DNA of 64,000 bases. Source: the human T2T-CHM13v2.0 reference genome, Homo sapiens. The position numbers and the translations under genes were made by a program. Position 1 is the stretch's first letter. Each line of letters starts with the position of its first letter. The notes beneath the pieces were generated by a model that was given only the letters and a program-made list of their open reading frames with translations, was not told the DNA's origin and did not search any database. Below are positions 29,511 through 42,776 of this stretch, one piece after another. The stretch is taken from the NCBI RefSeq assembly GCF_009914755.1, contig NC_060937.1; one strand, given 5' to 3'.

Positions 29511-31756
29511 AATGACTTTAAATTTTCCTCCAGCCATGCCACTATCTAAGTATTACACTCAAAATTTGTTCTTCATAATAAATTCCTATTTTAACATTCT
29601 CAATTTGTACAAAGATTAAGAACACTTTACATACACTGGAAATTCATGCCTTGCGTACGTCTGCTACATTGAATTGTGTGTGTGTTTTTTTTTAATTCCT
29701 CTGCTGCCTAAGTGAACACTCAATTAATTCATATTAATTGCAGTCATAGTTAAAGTTGATTGATGCCAGGATCTTTCTTGATGTGACTTCTCCCCTATCT
29801 TCAAATATTTTGATATATAACCTCATGTCCTACTTCTCCGTACTGCTCCAAATAATTGCATAGTTTATCTCTGTATTAATATTTTTATCTTTATTTTGTT
29901 TTTAAATTCTTTTTCAAAAAAATCATTTATTCCTGAGTTTACGTATCATATATAGCTCTTTTAATTTATGATTCAACAAAAATAATTAATTCATAATGTG
30001 AATGGCTTCTTTCCATAAATTATTCTAGATTGTGAGTGAAGAGACATCTGGGTAGAACTCAGTAGAATCAATTTTCAGCATCGCATTCCCAGAGTTATGG
30101 GTGTGATTCTCTGATTCATTCTGTGTTAAAAATATGCCCGAGTGCTGTTATGAAAGACAAAGTAGTGGTGTCAGTGGTATCCCTGCAGAATGTCATTATA
30201 AGCCTCAGCTATGACACAATGAAAGTATAGCTGGCAGTAAACCAGGAACCATATCAATTACATTAGAAAGTAAACTATTCCCAGTAATAAAATATGTTAA
30301 TTTTCAATGGAAGCAATTGAAATCTTCGGTAGAAGAGGTCCCCCCAGCCCCTGTGCACCTCAGGAATTTTTGCATTCCTCCTAGTATATTTGCTTCATGC
30401 ATTAAATAATTTGTTCTCTAAAAATGATGGCTGGGCTGTAAAAGTTCTTTATTCCATCATTGCTTTTAGGAAACCTCAGATAATGGATATGAGGTTCCTA
30501 ATGAACATTTTACACTAACATTTCATTTTTGGACAAAGATTTTTCAGACATGAGTTTAATACGTCATTTAAATAGAGATTTGTTCCAAGTGGTAACCAAT
30601 ACCTTCAGGTGGTAGAACTTTCATACAAGCAATTTCCATCTTAATCACCTAAAGATAACTTTAACAGTTTCATAAAATTGAAGATTATATTACGTGGAGA
30701 AAGGAATTTCTTACATCTCTATGGATTTCTGTGACAGAAATCTATAACGATTATATGCTACAAAACTCAGGGCTTTTTTAACTGTAGTAATCTTGAGCCA
30801 GCTTCATGCTAAAACCAGACTTTTCATGGAGAGCTTTTGATAGTGAGTTACATATAATCACACGTTTGGTTATAATTATAAGTTAAATTAGTACATTTTA
30901 TTAACCAACTCACCTTAAAATATTTTTGTTAATTTTAATGTGCTAAAGTTGGGAGAAATTTAATTCTCACAATTAGGGCTGGCTCTAGGCAGAATTAGGA
31001 CATTGCTGTGTGTGTTTTCGGTAGTGCTGCGTTTTTTATTTTTGGTGGCTTTTAGCTTCTTTCTCCAAATGTACCCAGGCTCCTGATTCATAGTTTCACC
31101 CAAACTATTCTTGCTTGCTTCATAGTATGTACTGAATAAAGTTTTGTTGAAACAATAAACAGACTCCTATCGTTATCTGTATCTATGGACAAGCTTTATC
31201 AATTGCTTTTCTTCTCTATTATCTTGCACACAAATAAATTAGAAATGGCTCACAGGAAATGAGCTGATATAAAGAAGTACATTTAATGTACTAAAACTGT
31301 GATATAAAATAATATGGTTTAAATAACATCCAGCAGATCCATTTCTACATAATTGAGTTTTCTTGCTTGTTAAGGTGATGTAAGAAGGTGATATAAGGAT
31401 AAAAATTGTTATTCCAATGGAAATTGATGAGAACACACATACTGAAACCCTGTTCTCCATATATTTACTTGAAGGAGAAACATGAGTAGACAGTGAAGTA
31501 AGAAAAACCACAGTCCTGTAGTCCATTGTTGGAAGTGAGTCCAATATGGAATTCCTGGATACAGGGTGGAATCAGGTAGAGTCTTTTATTTTCCTGTGCA
31601 AGAGAGTTCCAAGATGCCATCATGAGTTAAAGCCCGGCCCAAAGAGCAAACAAAAGTCTACAATTATAGTTTCTTTTTTTTTTTTCAATGATCCAAATAT
31701 GGTGAGGGAAGACTATGTTTGTCAGGATTAGAGCAAAGGAGCTAAAGAGAAAACCG

Positions 31757-31757
<1 letters not shown>

Positions 31758-31799
<42 letters not shown>
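31758..31799. repeat. (AC)21 microsatellite
   Basis: Directly visible. Confidence 0.97.
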
Positions 31800-31801
<2 letters not shown>

Positions 31802-32334
31802 AAGTGTTTTTTGCAGCTCAGGTATGGCAACTGTCTTACTATTTTTCAACTCTAGTGTCTAGGATAAGAGCATCCAAAGAGTGAGGGAAAAATTCAGGGA
31901 AATCTGAAGAAAGATCAGTGCCCTAATCACTGAATTTGGATAATATCTATGGATATTTTCACAGGAAAAAAAAAAAAAACAACAGACACACAATACTCTT
32001 AGCGTCTTTTTTATTTCTGCCATTCCTTAGCTCCTGGTTTAAATATTTTAAACATATTCACTGCAAAATCATCATAATAAATGCCAAAGTGCCCCCCAGC
32101 ACACTGAAATACAGTTTATTTTATTTTTTAGTCATAACTTTGCTGTTTTTATCTAACAAAACGTATTCATTCTTCTTACAGAAAATTTTCTTATATCTAG
32201 GAAAATATCATTTTATGAATCAAAATGCTCAAAATTCCAAAATTCTGGCATTATTGATTTATGACATCTTGGATGTTTTAGTGTTGTATAGATGTTTTTG
32301 CGTAATTGATATCTAAGCATATACAATTATGCAC

Positions 32335-32600
32335 TATTTATTAATTCCAAAAATGTTTATTTAGCTTTTAGAATGTGCCAAGCATTGTTCTCGAAATCAA
32401 GGATGTTTCATTGACAAAACAAATTTGCTGCTTTGATGGAGCTCACATGTCAGTGTGTGTGAGACAGGCAGTAAACAGTAAGTAACCTAGTATGTGCCAG
32501 CACAGAGTGTGAAGAAAATAAAACCTTTGTAAGGGAAAACTTAGTGGCGGGCGTAGAAGCAAATGTGTTCTATGTTGCTCAGGAATGTCTCATAATAGTG
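32335..32600 (-). mobile_element. L2 3' end
   Basis: ATGTTTATTTAG...ATGTGCCAAGCATTGTTCT...ATGGAGCTCACA. Confidence 0.6.
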
Positions 32601-32923
32601 TAGTATAAGTGCAGCAGTGTCAATATTGACAGCAGTGTTTCATGTTATTAAAAATGTAATGGCTCATTGAATGGTTGCATAGTATTCCTCTGTATTTATC
32701 CACCACCATATATTTAACTGGACTCCTATGGTTTGAATTTCAGGTTGACCTTTTCATAGTTTGAATAGACTGCAACAAACATATGCAGGGCAAGGCTTGC
32801 TCACATTTCTAACATTTACTTGAGAATTGACATTTAAATGTAGAATTGCTGTGTCAGATTTTAATCACTTTAATGATCTTGTACCAATGTTGCTCTGCTT
32901 TTCAGAATGCTTTTGATAATATG

Positions 32924-33164
32924 CAGTTGATTCTTGAAAATCATGGGTTTGAACTGTGCATATGGGCTTAGATATGGATTTTTGTTTTCAAACAAACCAG
33001 ATCAAAAATACAGTACTCATGGCATTGGAGGCCTGTGTATATGGAGGGTCAACTTTTCATACATGCAGGTTCTGTACGGTCGACTCTAGGACTTGAGTAG
33101 ATGTAGATTTTGTTATATGAGGGGATCCTGAAAGCAATCTCTTCTGAATACCGAGGAATACCTG
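32924..33164. mobile_element. MER8 (TcMar-Tigger MITE), inside an old antisense L1M fragment
   Basis: CAGTTGA.TCTTGAA..CATGGGTTTGAACTG start and ATACCGAGGAATACCTG-TA end, about 240 bp. Confidence 0.85.
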
Positions 33165-34602
33165 TATATATTTTTTCCAGAAGTATATGATATTGCTCTA
33201 TACATTATTTCCAAGCCAACATTGCTTATCACTTTTTTCATTTTTACTAGTTTGATAGAAGAAAGAGATGGTCTAGGTGTTTATTTAAGGGTTCAAGTGC
33301 TAACAGCTCTATCAATTATTTTACTCTGTGCTTATTCTTGTTTCTCATAGCTTTTCATTATTGCATAGTAATTTAGAAAGTATTTTTTCTGTAGTAAAAT
33401 AAGTTATGCAAACAAAATTTTACGCTTTAGTTGTAAAATAAATTTAGAAACCAAGTATGATCGAAGGGGCACAGGAATAAGGGATCCTAACTTTTTCTTG
33501 TCCACCTATTCCCTAGTGGATCCCAATGGATTCCCCCAAAATGTGTTTTAAATAAATAGTCCATAAGAAAAAAACATTATATACTTCAGAAGATGATAAC
33601 ACTCTCTTTGGCTTTGCTAACTTTAATATTCATTTCTCACCCCTTGTCTCCTAAACTCTAGCCGTAGAAAGCAAATTGGAAATTTCTCAGATGTCATAAC
33701 CTGCTTACCTTCTGGCCTTCTCCCAGCCTGCTTCTTCTAAGAGAATATACTTTTCCTGTATGGTCCCTCCAACTTCAAAACTACTAGCGGTTCTTCATAT
33801 TCAGAGCCAATGTCCTACTCTCAATCTGCTTTCCACCTGGGTCAGGCATTCTTGCTTTTTGTTTATTATGGCAGAGTACAGAATTCTTAGCATACCTCTA
33901 TGATTAAAACAATGTGTTTACTTCATGGCTCTTACACTAAATTCCTTGAGGATACAAATGAAGTCTTATTCATTATCCTAGTTTTTATCATTCGGTGGAT
34001 GATCATGAAATCATTCTTAATTTAATAAGCAAAAGGTATCTTTACCATATATTAATTTTGACATCTTGCTAGAATCCCCAACATTTAGAAAATCCATTTC
34101 TCACATCCATGCAACTGTCTGTAAAATAAACTTTAAGCATATCACTTAGTGCTAAAAAAATTCAGTGTTTTTCCGTTGCCTACCAAGTAAATCAAATGTC
34201 ACAGCTTGATTTTAAGAATCATCTATACTATAGTTCCAGTCTGATAGTTTAGCCTGATGTGGATATGACCTGCTTACAAAATCTGTTAACTTCTTATCAT
34301 TGCCTGCCATTCTTTCCTCAATACCTCCCAGTAGCCACTGTATTGAGAAGGACTCGTACCAATATTTATAATGGTTATTTGTCTAAATTGCCTTCCCTGA
34401 CTCCTCCCAATTGAAGAGACACTCTACTTTTTCTGAACTCCCATATGATTTTGTAATTTTCGTATAGCACTAACTGTAGGCTGCCTTTTAAAACAGTCAT
34501 TCCTGTTTTCATTAGGTGTACTTAACGATTATTTCTGTGTCCCATAATATCATTATTATATTTCTGTCACAGTAATACCATGTTATTAAAATTATGAGTT
34601 TG

Positions 34603-34895
34603 GGTCTAGGCATGGTGGCTCATGCCTGTAATCCCAACACTTTGGGAGGCTGAGGCAGATGGATCACTTCAGCTTAGAAGTTTGGGATCAGCCTGGCCAA
34701 CATGGTGAAACTCTGTCTCTACCAAAAAATACAAAAATTAGCCAGGCATCGTGGCTCAAACCTGTAATCCCAGCTACTTGGGAGGCTGAGGCAGGAGAAT
34801 CACTTTAACTTGGGAGGTAGAGATCGCAGTGAGCCCAGATATCGCACCACTACTCTCCAGCCTGGGCGAAAGAGTGAGACACTGTCTCAAAAAAT
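34603..34895 (+). mobile_element. Alu (AluJb/S-like)
   Basis: Alu dimer whose tail runs into a TA-rich tandem array. Confidence 0.93.
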
Positions 34896-34904
34896 ATATA
34901 TGTG

Positions 34905-34937
<33 letters not shown>

Positions 34938-35037
34938 GTATATATATATATACATATACATATATATGTATATATATATATACATATACATATATATGTA
35001 TATATATATATACATATACATATATATGTATATATAT
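34896..35037. repeat. TA-rich minisatellite, 30-bp unit TACATATACATATATATGTATATATATATA
   Basis: Identical units start at 34921, 34951 and 34981, with a partial unit at 35011. Confidence 0.95.
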
Positions 35038-35629
35038 GAATTTACACATTTCTTATTCCCTTTGGGGTCCCCACAATTAACATGACAACTCTTTGAATAG
35101 ATACTAAATGACTGATGAACATACACATACAGTTATCATCCTGAAAATGATTGTAAACTTTCTGAGGAAAAATGGCTTTTACTGTATGAAGTTCAGTGTG
35201 TTAAATATAATGGGTAATTTATATGTGTTTATGGAAATGAATTAACAAACATTTGACCTTATAAAAGAATAAACCACCAAATAATTGCTGGCTTAGATTA
35301 GTATCTATTTTCTGTTTTCATTCTTCAAGTATTTTTTGACTACTGTCCTTGACTCTCCTTGAATTATTTATCACTTAATCTCGTGGATTTTAACCATTTC
35401 TGGCTACCGTGATAAATCAAAAAGTGAAATTTCTGTTTTATTATGTCATTTTTATATTGACCAAAAATAATATTGAATAGCTGATTTCTTTTTTTATTAA
35501 TTTTGAATAAAAACTACTTAAAAATATACAATGAACCTGAAATGTTTTTGTGGATTTAGGAAATAAAGAACTTAATGAGTAAATGATAGACTTAGGCCAA
35601 AAAAAGTCAGCCAACCTGACTAAGTGTTC

Positions 35630-36440
35630 AATGACCATAACCTAGAAAATTTGAACAAGAAAAGTATTGGATTATAACATACAATAAACATTTACAAGCA
35701 CATATAGACATGAGTAATTTAATCAATAAATATATAAAAAAGAAGAGATCCATCTTTAAAAATTTAAGTTAATGCATAGAAGAAATTCAAGAAATGATAA
35801 GTCATTTAAGGAAACAAAATTTGGGAAGAAAGAGGATATTAGAGTAATCTCAAATACTTATCTGAAGATGTTTATCGGTTACAAACTTTAAAAATCAATT
35901 TAGAGAAAACTGAAAGCTATCAGCTGAACCAAGTTATCAAGGAACACCATAAGTAATAAGGCATATGGATATCTTGAATGCCCAACATAATATATGAGAA
36001 TGACAACATGGAGTCTTGCCAAAAATGCATAATATTAATCTAATTATGGGAAAAAACAGGCAAACCCATATTGAGAAACATTCTACAAAATAACTGCCCA
36101 GTAATCAACAAAAGTATCAAAGAGAATCATGGGGGATAAGGAAAGAATAAGAAACTTCACAAATTGCTAGAAACTAAGGAGAAATTAGAACTAAATGTAA
36201 CATGGGCTTCTGAATGGGATCCTGGAACATTAGAAAGGTCATTGGTGGACAAACTGGTAAAAATCAAATAAACTCGTCATTGAGTTAATAAGTTAATTTC
36301 CTGGTCTTTATCATTGCATCATGATTGTGAATATTTTTAACATTAGGAGAAGATGGGTGAAGAGTGTATATGAACTCTCAGTATTATTTTTTGCAAATAT
36401 TCTATATGTTTAAAATTACTTCAAAATAAAATGTTTAAAA
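35630..36440 (+). mobile_element. Old L1MC/ME 3' end
   Basis: GAACCAAGT.ATCAA, ATTCTACAAAATAACTG.CCAGTA, TGAACTCTCAGTA...TTTGCAA...TAAAATTACTTCAAAATAAAA. Confidence 0.7.
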
Positions 36441-36803
36441 ACTACTTTATGAATGCAATTTGTTTATATTGGTAATAGTTTTTTGAGTTTTCGTCAAAAT
36501 ATTATAAATTCAAATGCACATATTCCTACTATGTCAAAATAGTGGCATATAACTTTGTTTCTTCCATTTGTAATCTATTCAGAAGAAAAGCATTGAGATA
36601 AAACAATGCTTTGCAAAATTAAGAAATAGTTATTTTAGATTTTGTCATGTTTCTTATCTAATTTCTATTTAAAAATAGAAATTACATTGCTTAAAATTAA
36701 TATAAATGAGGAATTATAAAACTATTCAGAGCATTTTGGGAGGAGTTATTCCTAATAAGTAAATATTTCCCATCTTATGTACATTTCTGTTATCGCTTTT
36801 CTT

Positions 36804-37095
36804 TTTTATTTTTTGAGTCGGAGTCTCGCTCTGTCGCCCAGGCTGGAGTGCAGTGGCGTCATCTCAGCTCGCTGCAAGCTCCGCCTCCCGGGTTCACGCC
36901 ATTGTCCTGCCTCAGCCTCCTGATTAGCTGGGACTACAGGCGCCCGCCATCACGCCCGGCTAATTTTTTGTATTTTTAGTACAGACGGGGTTTCACCGTG
37001 TTAACCAGGATGGTCTCGATCTGCTCACCTCGTGATCCACCCACCTCGGCCTCCCAAAGTGCTGGGATTACAGGCGTGAGCCACCACGCCCGGCA
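36804..37095 (-). mobile_element. AluY
   Basis: CpG-rich antisense AluY. TSD ATC(G/C)CTTTTCTT at 36792-36803 and 37096-37107. Confidence 0.97.
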
Positions 37096-38059
37096 ATCCC
37101 TTTTCTTGTGTATGACATTATACTAGCAGCATAAGACTCTACTTGGCATGTCTTATTGTTATTTATTAAACTAATAAGTATGTCATTCAGTGTACACTAA
37201 CCTTGTGCTAACATCTGTTTGTGCATAAATAGCTATTTTTCCAACAAGATAAATGACCAAAACCTTCATATTATAAGCAGAAATAATTATCCACACTACA
37301 GAAAATGAGGCCTAATTAGAATCTTAAAACTATAGCAATTTGGCAAGCTTTTTAGGTATGGTAACTGTAAGAAGAAACTACCAAACCTACTAGGTGTTTA
37401 TTAAAATGCAGTATTGCTAATTCTGCTTGGCAGATTCCTTCACAGATGGTACATGTTTAGCTACATTTCTGCAATTAATTGTCCCAAGACAGATGTGCTG
37501 AAAAATAATTGTATTCTCTTATGATTTGCTGTTATATTTGTGCAGACTTATCTGAGACACATAAGCTAAAATAATCCTTTTTGACCATACACTTTAGTCA
37601 GCTGACTAGTATTACTGCCATAATTCTAAAAATTCCAAAGTTTAAGGAATAGATGAAAACAGAAAGTTACTCATGCCTATAAGGAAATGAATATTACAGC
37701 TAGATTCCTTAAATTCCCAAATTAAAATAAAATGTTTAAAAATTAATGATTTAGGTACAGATGTAAAATCACTATCATTTTCACTGCCATTTATCCTCAT
37801 TACTATCTACAAAAAAATGAAATCACAATTATTCCCTAAATTAGTCCTCTGTTCTTTTTGCATATTTTAATCAATATACTGACCTACCTCTTTTTCTTAA
37901 TAATTTTAGGAAAATAAACTGAAAGCTACTGTCAAAAAAGTTTAACCATCTGCTAAAGGAGATTTTACCCTGTCACTTGGGCAGATGTTCAGCAATGGAA
38001 TTATGCCAGCATAATTTATATATCATGTGAATTTACATGTGGATGTAGAGGAAAAATTA

Positions 38060-38063
<4 letters not shown>

Positions 38064-38117
<54 letters not shown>
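38064..38117. repeat. (TA)~27 perfect microsatellite
   Basis: Directly visible, uninterrupted. Confidence 0.97.
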
Positions 38118-38119
<2 letters not shown>

Positions 38120-38575
38120 CTCCATTAAGTAAAAATTGATATTACTTTTTTAAAAAATCTTTCTTTCTCTTTATGCTCTGCCCTCCTATCCCCATGATGG
38201 AAGGCAGAATATGTTGGTATTGCCTGTGTACTTAAATCTAGAGTCAGATGGTATAAAAGAATAATTTCTACAATTTTTTTTCACTTTATAAGATACAAAG
38301 ATGTTTCCCCACAGAAAGACAAAAGGAAAAAGAGAAAAATAGTAAACTAGGACACTTAGCTATATTTATTGAACAGTGTGCTAGACTACAATTCTATTCT
38401 ATTGGGAATTATTTGATTTTACCTCCTCTCACACAAAGTGAGGATTAATTGTGTTTGCCGAAGAAGACTAAAGCTGGTGCCACCATTTTGGGGCAGGGGG
38501 TTTTGATGTGTCTAGCTTATTCTCTTTTGTGAGATACCTGAAGGGTACACTATTTTTGGAAAAAAAAAAGTTTGA

Positions 38576-39003
<428 letters not shown>

Positions 39004-40145
39004 CTACTGTTTGAATTTGTTGGTCAGAGTACCACAATTTCACTCCAAATGCCTTGGAAATTGATTGGAGAATACGTATAGACACGTGAGTCTACATTTA
39101 CGGAATTTTATGTTTGAGCAGCTTGTAGAGATTATTTTATCTCATTTGCATATTTCTAATAAAATTTAGACTATATTCTTGATTGCATACTTTCTTTAAA
39201 TCATGATGAAGAAGTCTTTCTATTTTTCTGCAATATCTTTTATTTCATTTATGCCATATCTAAGTCTAAAATGGAGACAAATTTTGTTCAGTCATCCCAG
39301 TGGAATTCAGGCTGTCCCTTTACAGCTTCCTAGTTCATTAAAATTGGCAAACTAGAAAGCATAACTAGGGATCACTTTTTCAATTTCTAAAGACTTTATA
39401 TATTTTTCTAAAAAGTCAAGGAGGTACTTTAATGTTTTGACTATTATGAAAAGTGTTGAGAAGGAGTCTAGTCTGTTTCACTTGTTCAATGATGTTTCAT
39501 CTGTGATCCCATTAACTTGGCTCCTTTATGACCCTCTTAATATTTAATATATTTTCTATTAGTAGTGATGGCTCAAGCTGAATGGTATAAAACAAGATGT
39601 TATCATGGAAAGTACTCGAAGTTTCAAATATTTCCTGTTTTTGTTCGTTCCAGATTAGTCCACTTACTGATGAAATTAGTAACCCCTAAAATCTATAAAA
39701 CAATAATTTATAGTTGAGTTTATGGACATTTATTCCAAGAAAATGTCACCTTTCTTGTCAGTCCCATTTTATGAATTGCCCTTTACCACCATGAAAATGT
39801 GTTCACAAATGAAATGCACCAAATTTAAATATGGCCTGTATGTAGTCATTGGAAATCCAAGGAGGAATATTTCAAACATGTTTGGTGCAAACTAACCAGA
39901 AATATTTGGTAGTTAAAAAGTTTTATTGCCACTAAAATAGAAAATATTATCAGTTTGGACAACATTTCAAACAAAGAAATGTTAGAGATAATGGAATTAC
40001 TTAAGCTAGAGAATAGAAAATTAAGAAGATATGTTATAATTATTTTTAAATATTTGAAAGACTGCTTTATCAGTCAAGTTAGATAAAGTTAAAATGCATA
40101 AAATCTACTTAAACAAGCTCAGTATCTTAAAAAACAGAAACAACA

Positions 40146-40477
<332 letters not shown>

Positions 40478-41329
40478 TCAGTAAGTAGCAGCTCTCTCTA
40501 CAGTGTACTCTATCAAGAACTGAAGATGATGGCGCCTCTACCATGTGTTATGTGGCTTATCATTAGTTCAGAATCATGGACGACGAATAGAGAACATGAC
40601 AAGTCATGCACCAACTATTCAAGGTATCTGCTCAGGTGCAACATAGCTTATGCCATTTCATGTTTCATTGCACAAAGAAAGTAACAATACCATATTTCAC
40701 TTAAAGGAAGTAGGGAATTGCACTTCTACTATGTAACCAGAAAGGAAAGACGTGAAAATATTGAAAAATGGCACTGCCTACCCAAACTGTCATGCAGAAA
40801 ATTGATGCCCACAACCTTCCCTGCATGAATGACAAGTTGTTGATGTACGTGTGGGTATAACACTCCTAAAAGTATACACAGATTGTTACAACTTCCCCCT
40901 GCCCCAATGACATAGATGAGTCTTTTGTAATACAAATGCCCTGAAATGCTAGCTGTTATGGAGTCAATGCCTCTCTTGAGATGGCATAGATGTTAAGTAG
41001 GTGCAAATTTAGAAGGATGGTGTTGAGTTCTCTAATAATTCTCGAAAGATTAAGATGTAACGGTATGCTATAAATTCGAGACTAAGTACTCCCCCCCAAT
41101 GGAAAAACTTAGCATGGCTTATTTATTGTACTTTAAAGCGGATTTTGGAACAATCATGCAATATACATTTAAAAATATCTCGTTTTGATGATAGTTCTCT
41201 CTGTCTATAATGTAAGTAGCACATTTGTGCATACCTTGGAGGCCAATGGGAAAGATTTTCAAAACTGTGGACTTTGCCTAGCATAACTGGAGCCCTTCAT
41301 TCTATGCCTTTCTTGTAGTTTATCTCTTA

Positions 41330-41585
41330 GTAGTTAATGAGCAGATCCGTGGTTAGACTGCCTCTGTTCATATCTTGGCCTGGACTCTTAAGAAATTTTT
41401 AAACCCAGAAAATTTTAAAACCCAGAAAAATTACTTAATCCTTCTAAATTTTAGACTTTCTCTAAAATAAAGAATATTTCCTTATTTAAATATTCTTTGT
41501 ATACAAGGATTAAATGCCACCATAAATATGAAACTGAATAATGAGTGTATACAGTAATCACTCAGTAAATGCTGGCAATATTGTT
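41330..41585 (+). mobile_element. MIR
   Basis: GTTAGACTGCCT..GTTCA.ATCTTGGC, TTACTTAA, AGGATTAAATG, CACTCAGTAAATGCTGGC. Confidence 0.65.
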
Positions 41586-42139
41586 ATCACCACTTATTTC
41601 TTGAGATTCATTACTCCAGTTGTGTATCTGTTACTCTGCAACTCTGTTATCCTTAGCTGAAAAATTTGGTAGAGATTCTCACATTTTGCTTCTTCGAGTA
41701 GCTATGGCTACAAATATGGTACTGAACGCTGGAAACAAGTGCTAGTCTAAGAGTTGGTTGCCTTTTACAGAGATTTTTAACAGCTAATCAAGAAAAAACA
41801 GGAACAATCTTTAATAATTACAATTGGTGAAAGTAAAACTAACTGGCTTGGAAAATTATTTTAAAAAAAAAACTTCCTAATTATCCGGATTCCAAGCCTT
41901 CATACCATTCTGAGTTCTCCTGCACCACCATCTTTAAATATGATGTCTTACATTTACATTCTTTTGGTTATTTTTTTCCTTAACCCCCTTTAAAATTGTT
42001 AAAAATTATTACACTCAGCTCCTTTACAAATAATTTTTGGAGCCACTTTTATTATGAATCTGAGCTCATATTACCTTTAGAATTTTTTTCATCAGACAAC
42101 TCCCTATCATAATCTCCTCAAAAGTAATTTCAATTTTCA

Positions 42140-42776
42140 TTACTTCAAGCTTCATTGAGGTAAACTGGTCAAAATTTGTGTCTGTTTAAGGTGTACAATG
42201 TGATAATGTCATATAAATACACATTATGAAGTTATTACCACAATCAAGCTAATGAACATATACATCACCTGTTAACATTACCATTTTCATGTGTATGGTG
42301 AGAACACTTAAAGTCCACTCTATTAGCAAATTTCCAATATGTATGCCATAAATGAGATTTTTCAGAACTTATTAATCTAACAAACTTTCTGTGCTTTTAC
42401 CAAAATATTTGCAAATCATACATCTGATAAGGTGTTAACATCCAAAATACATAAGGAAATCAACCCACTCAATAGCAAAAAACACATAACCCACTAAAAA
42501 GAAGAGTATAAGCCTGAATAGACATTTCTCCAAAGATGACATGCAAATGGTCAACGGGCATATAGAAAGGTGCTCAGTATCATTAATCAGGGAAATGCAA
42601 GTCAAAACCACAATGAGATCACATCACACCTGTTAGAATGACTAATATCAAAAAGATAAAAGATAACAAGTGTTTATAGGGATGTGGAGAAAAGGGAACC
42701 CCCGCACACTGTTGGTGGGAATGTAAATTGGTACAGCCATTATGGAAGACGATATGGATATTTCTCAAAAAATTAA
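42140..42776 (-). mobile_element. L1MA-type 3' end (minus, about 42140-42402) joined to a plus-strand ORF2-end segment (about 42403-42776)
   Basis: Antisense TTTAAGGTGTACAATGTGAT..ACCACAATCAAGCTAAT..GGTGAGAACACTTAA, followed by sense AATATTTGCAAATCATACATCTGATAAG...CTGTTGGTGGGAATGTAAATTGG. Confidence 0.82.

Noticed and set aside
34774-35126. Four overlapping ORFs with YI/YT repeats
   Set aside because: Artefacts of the stop-free TA-rich repeat plus Alu sequence.
41392-41432. About 19-bp tandem duplication in a MIR (similar 17-bp duplication near 12000-12036)
   Set aside because: Ordinary slippage micro-duplications. No spacers, so not CRISPR-like.
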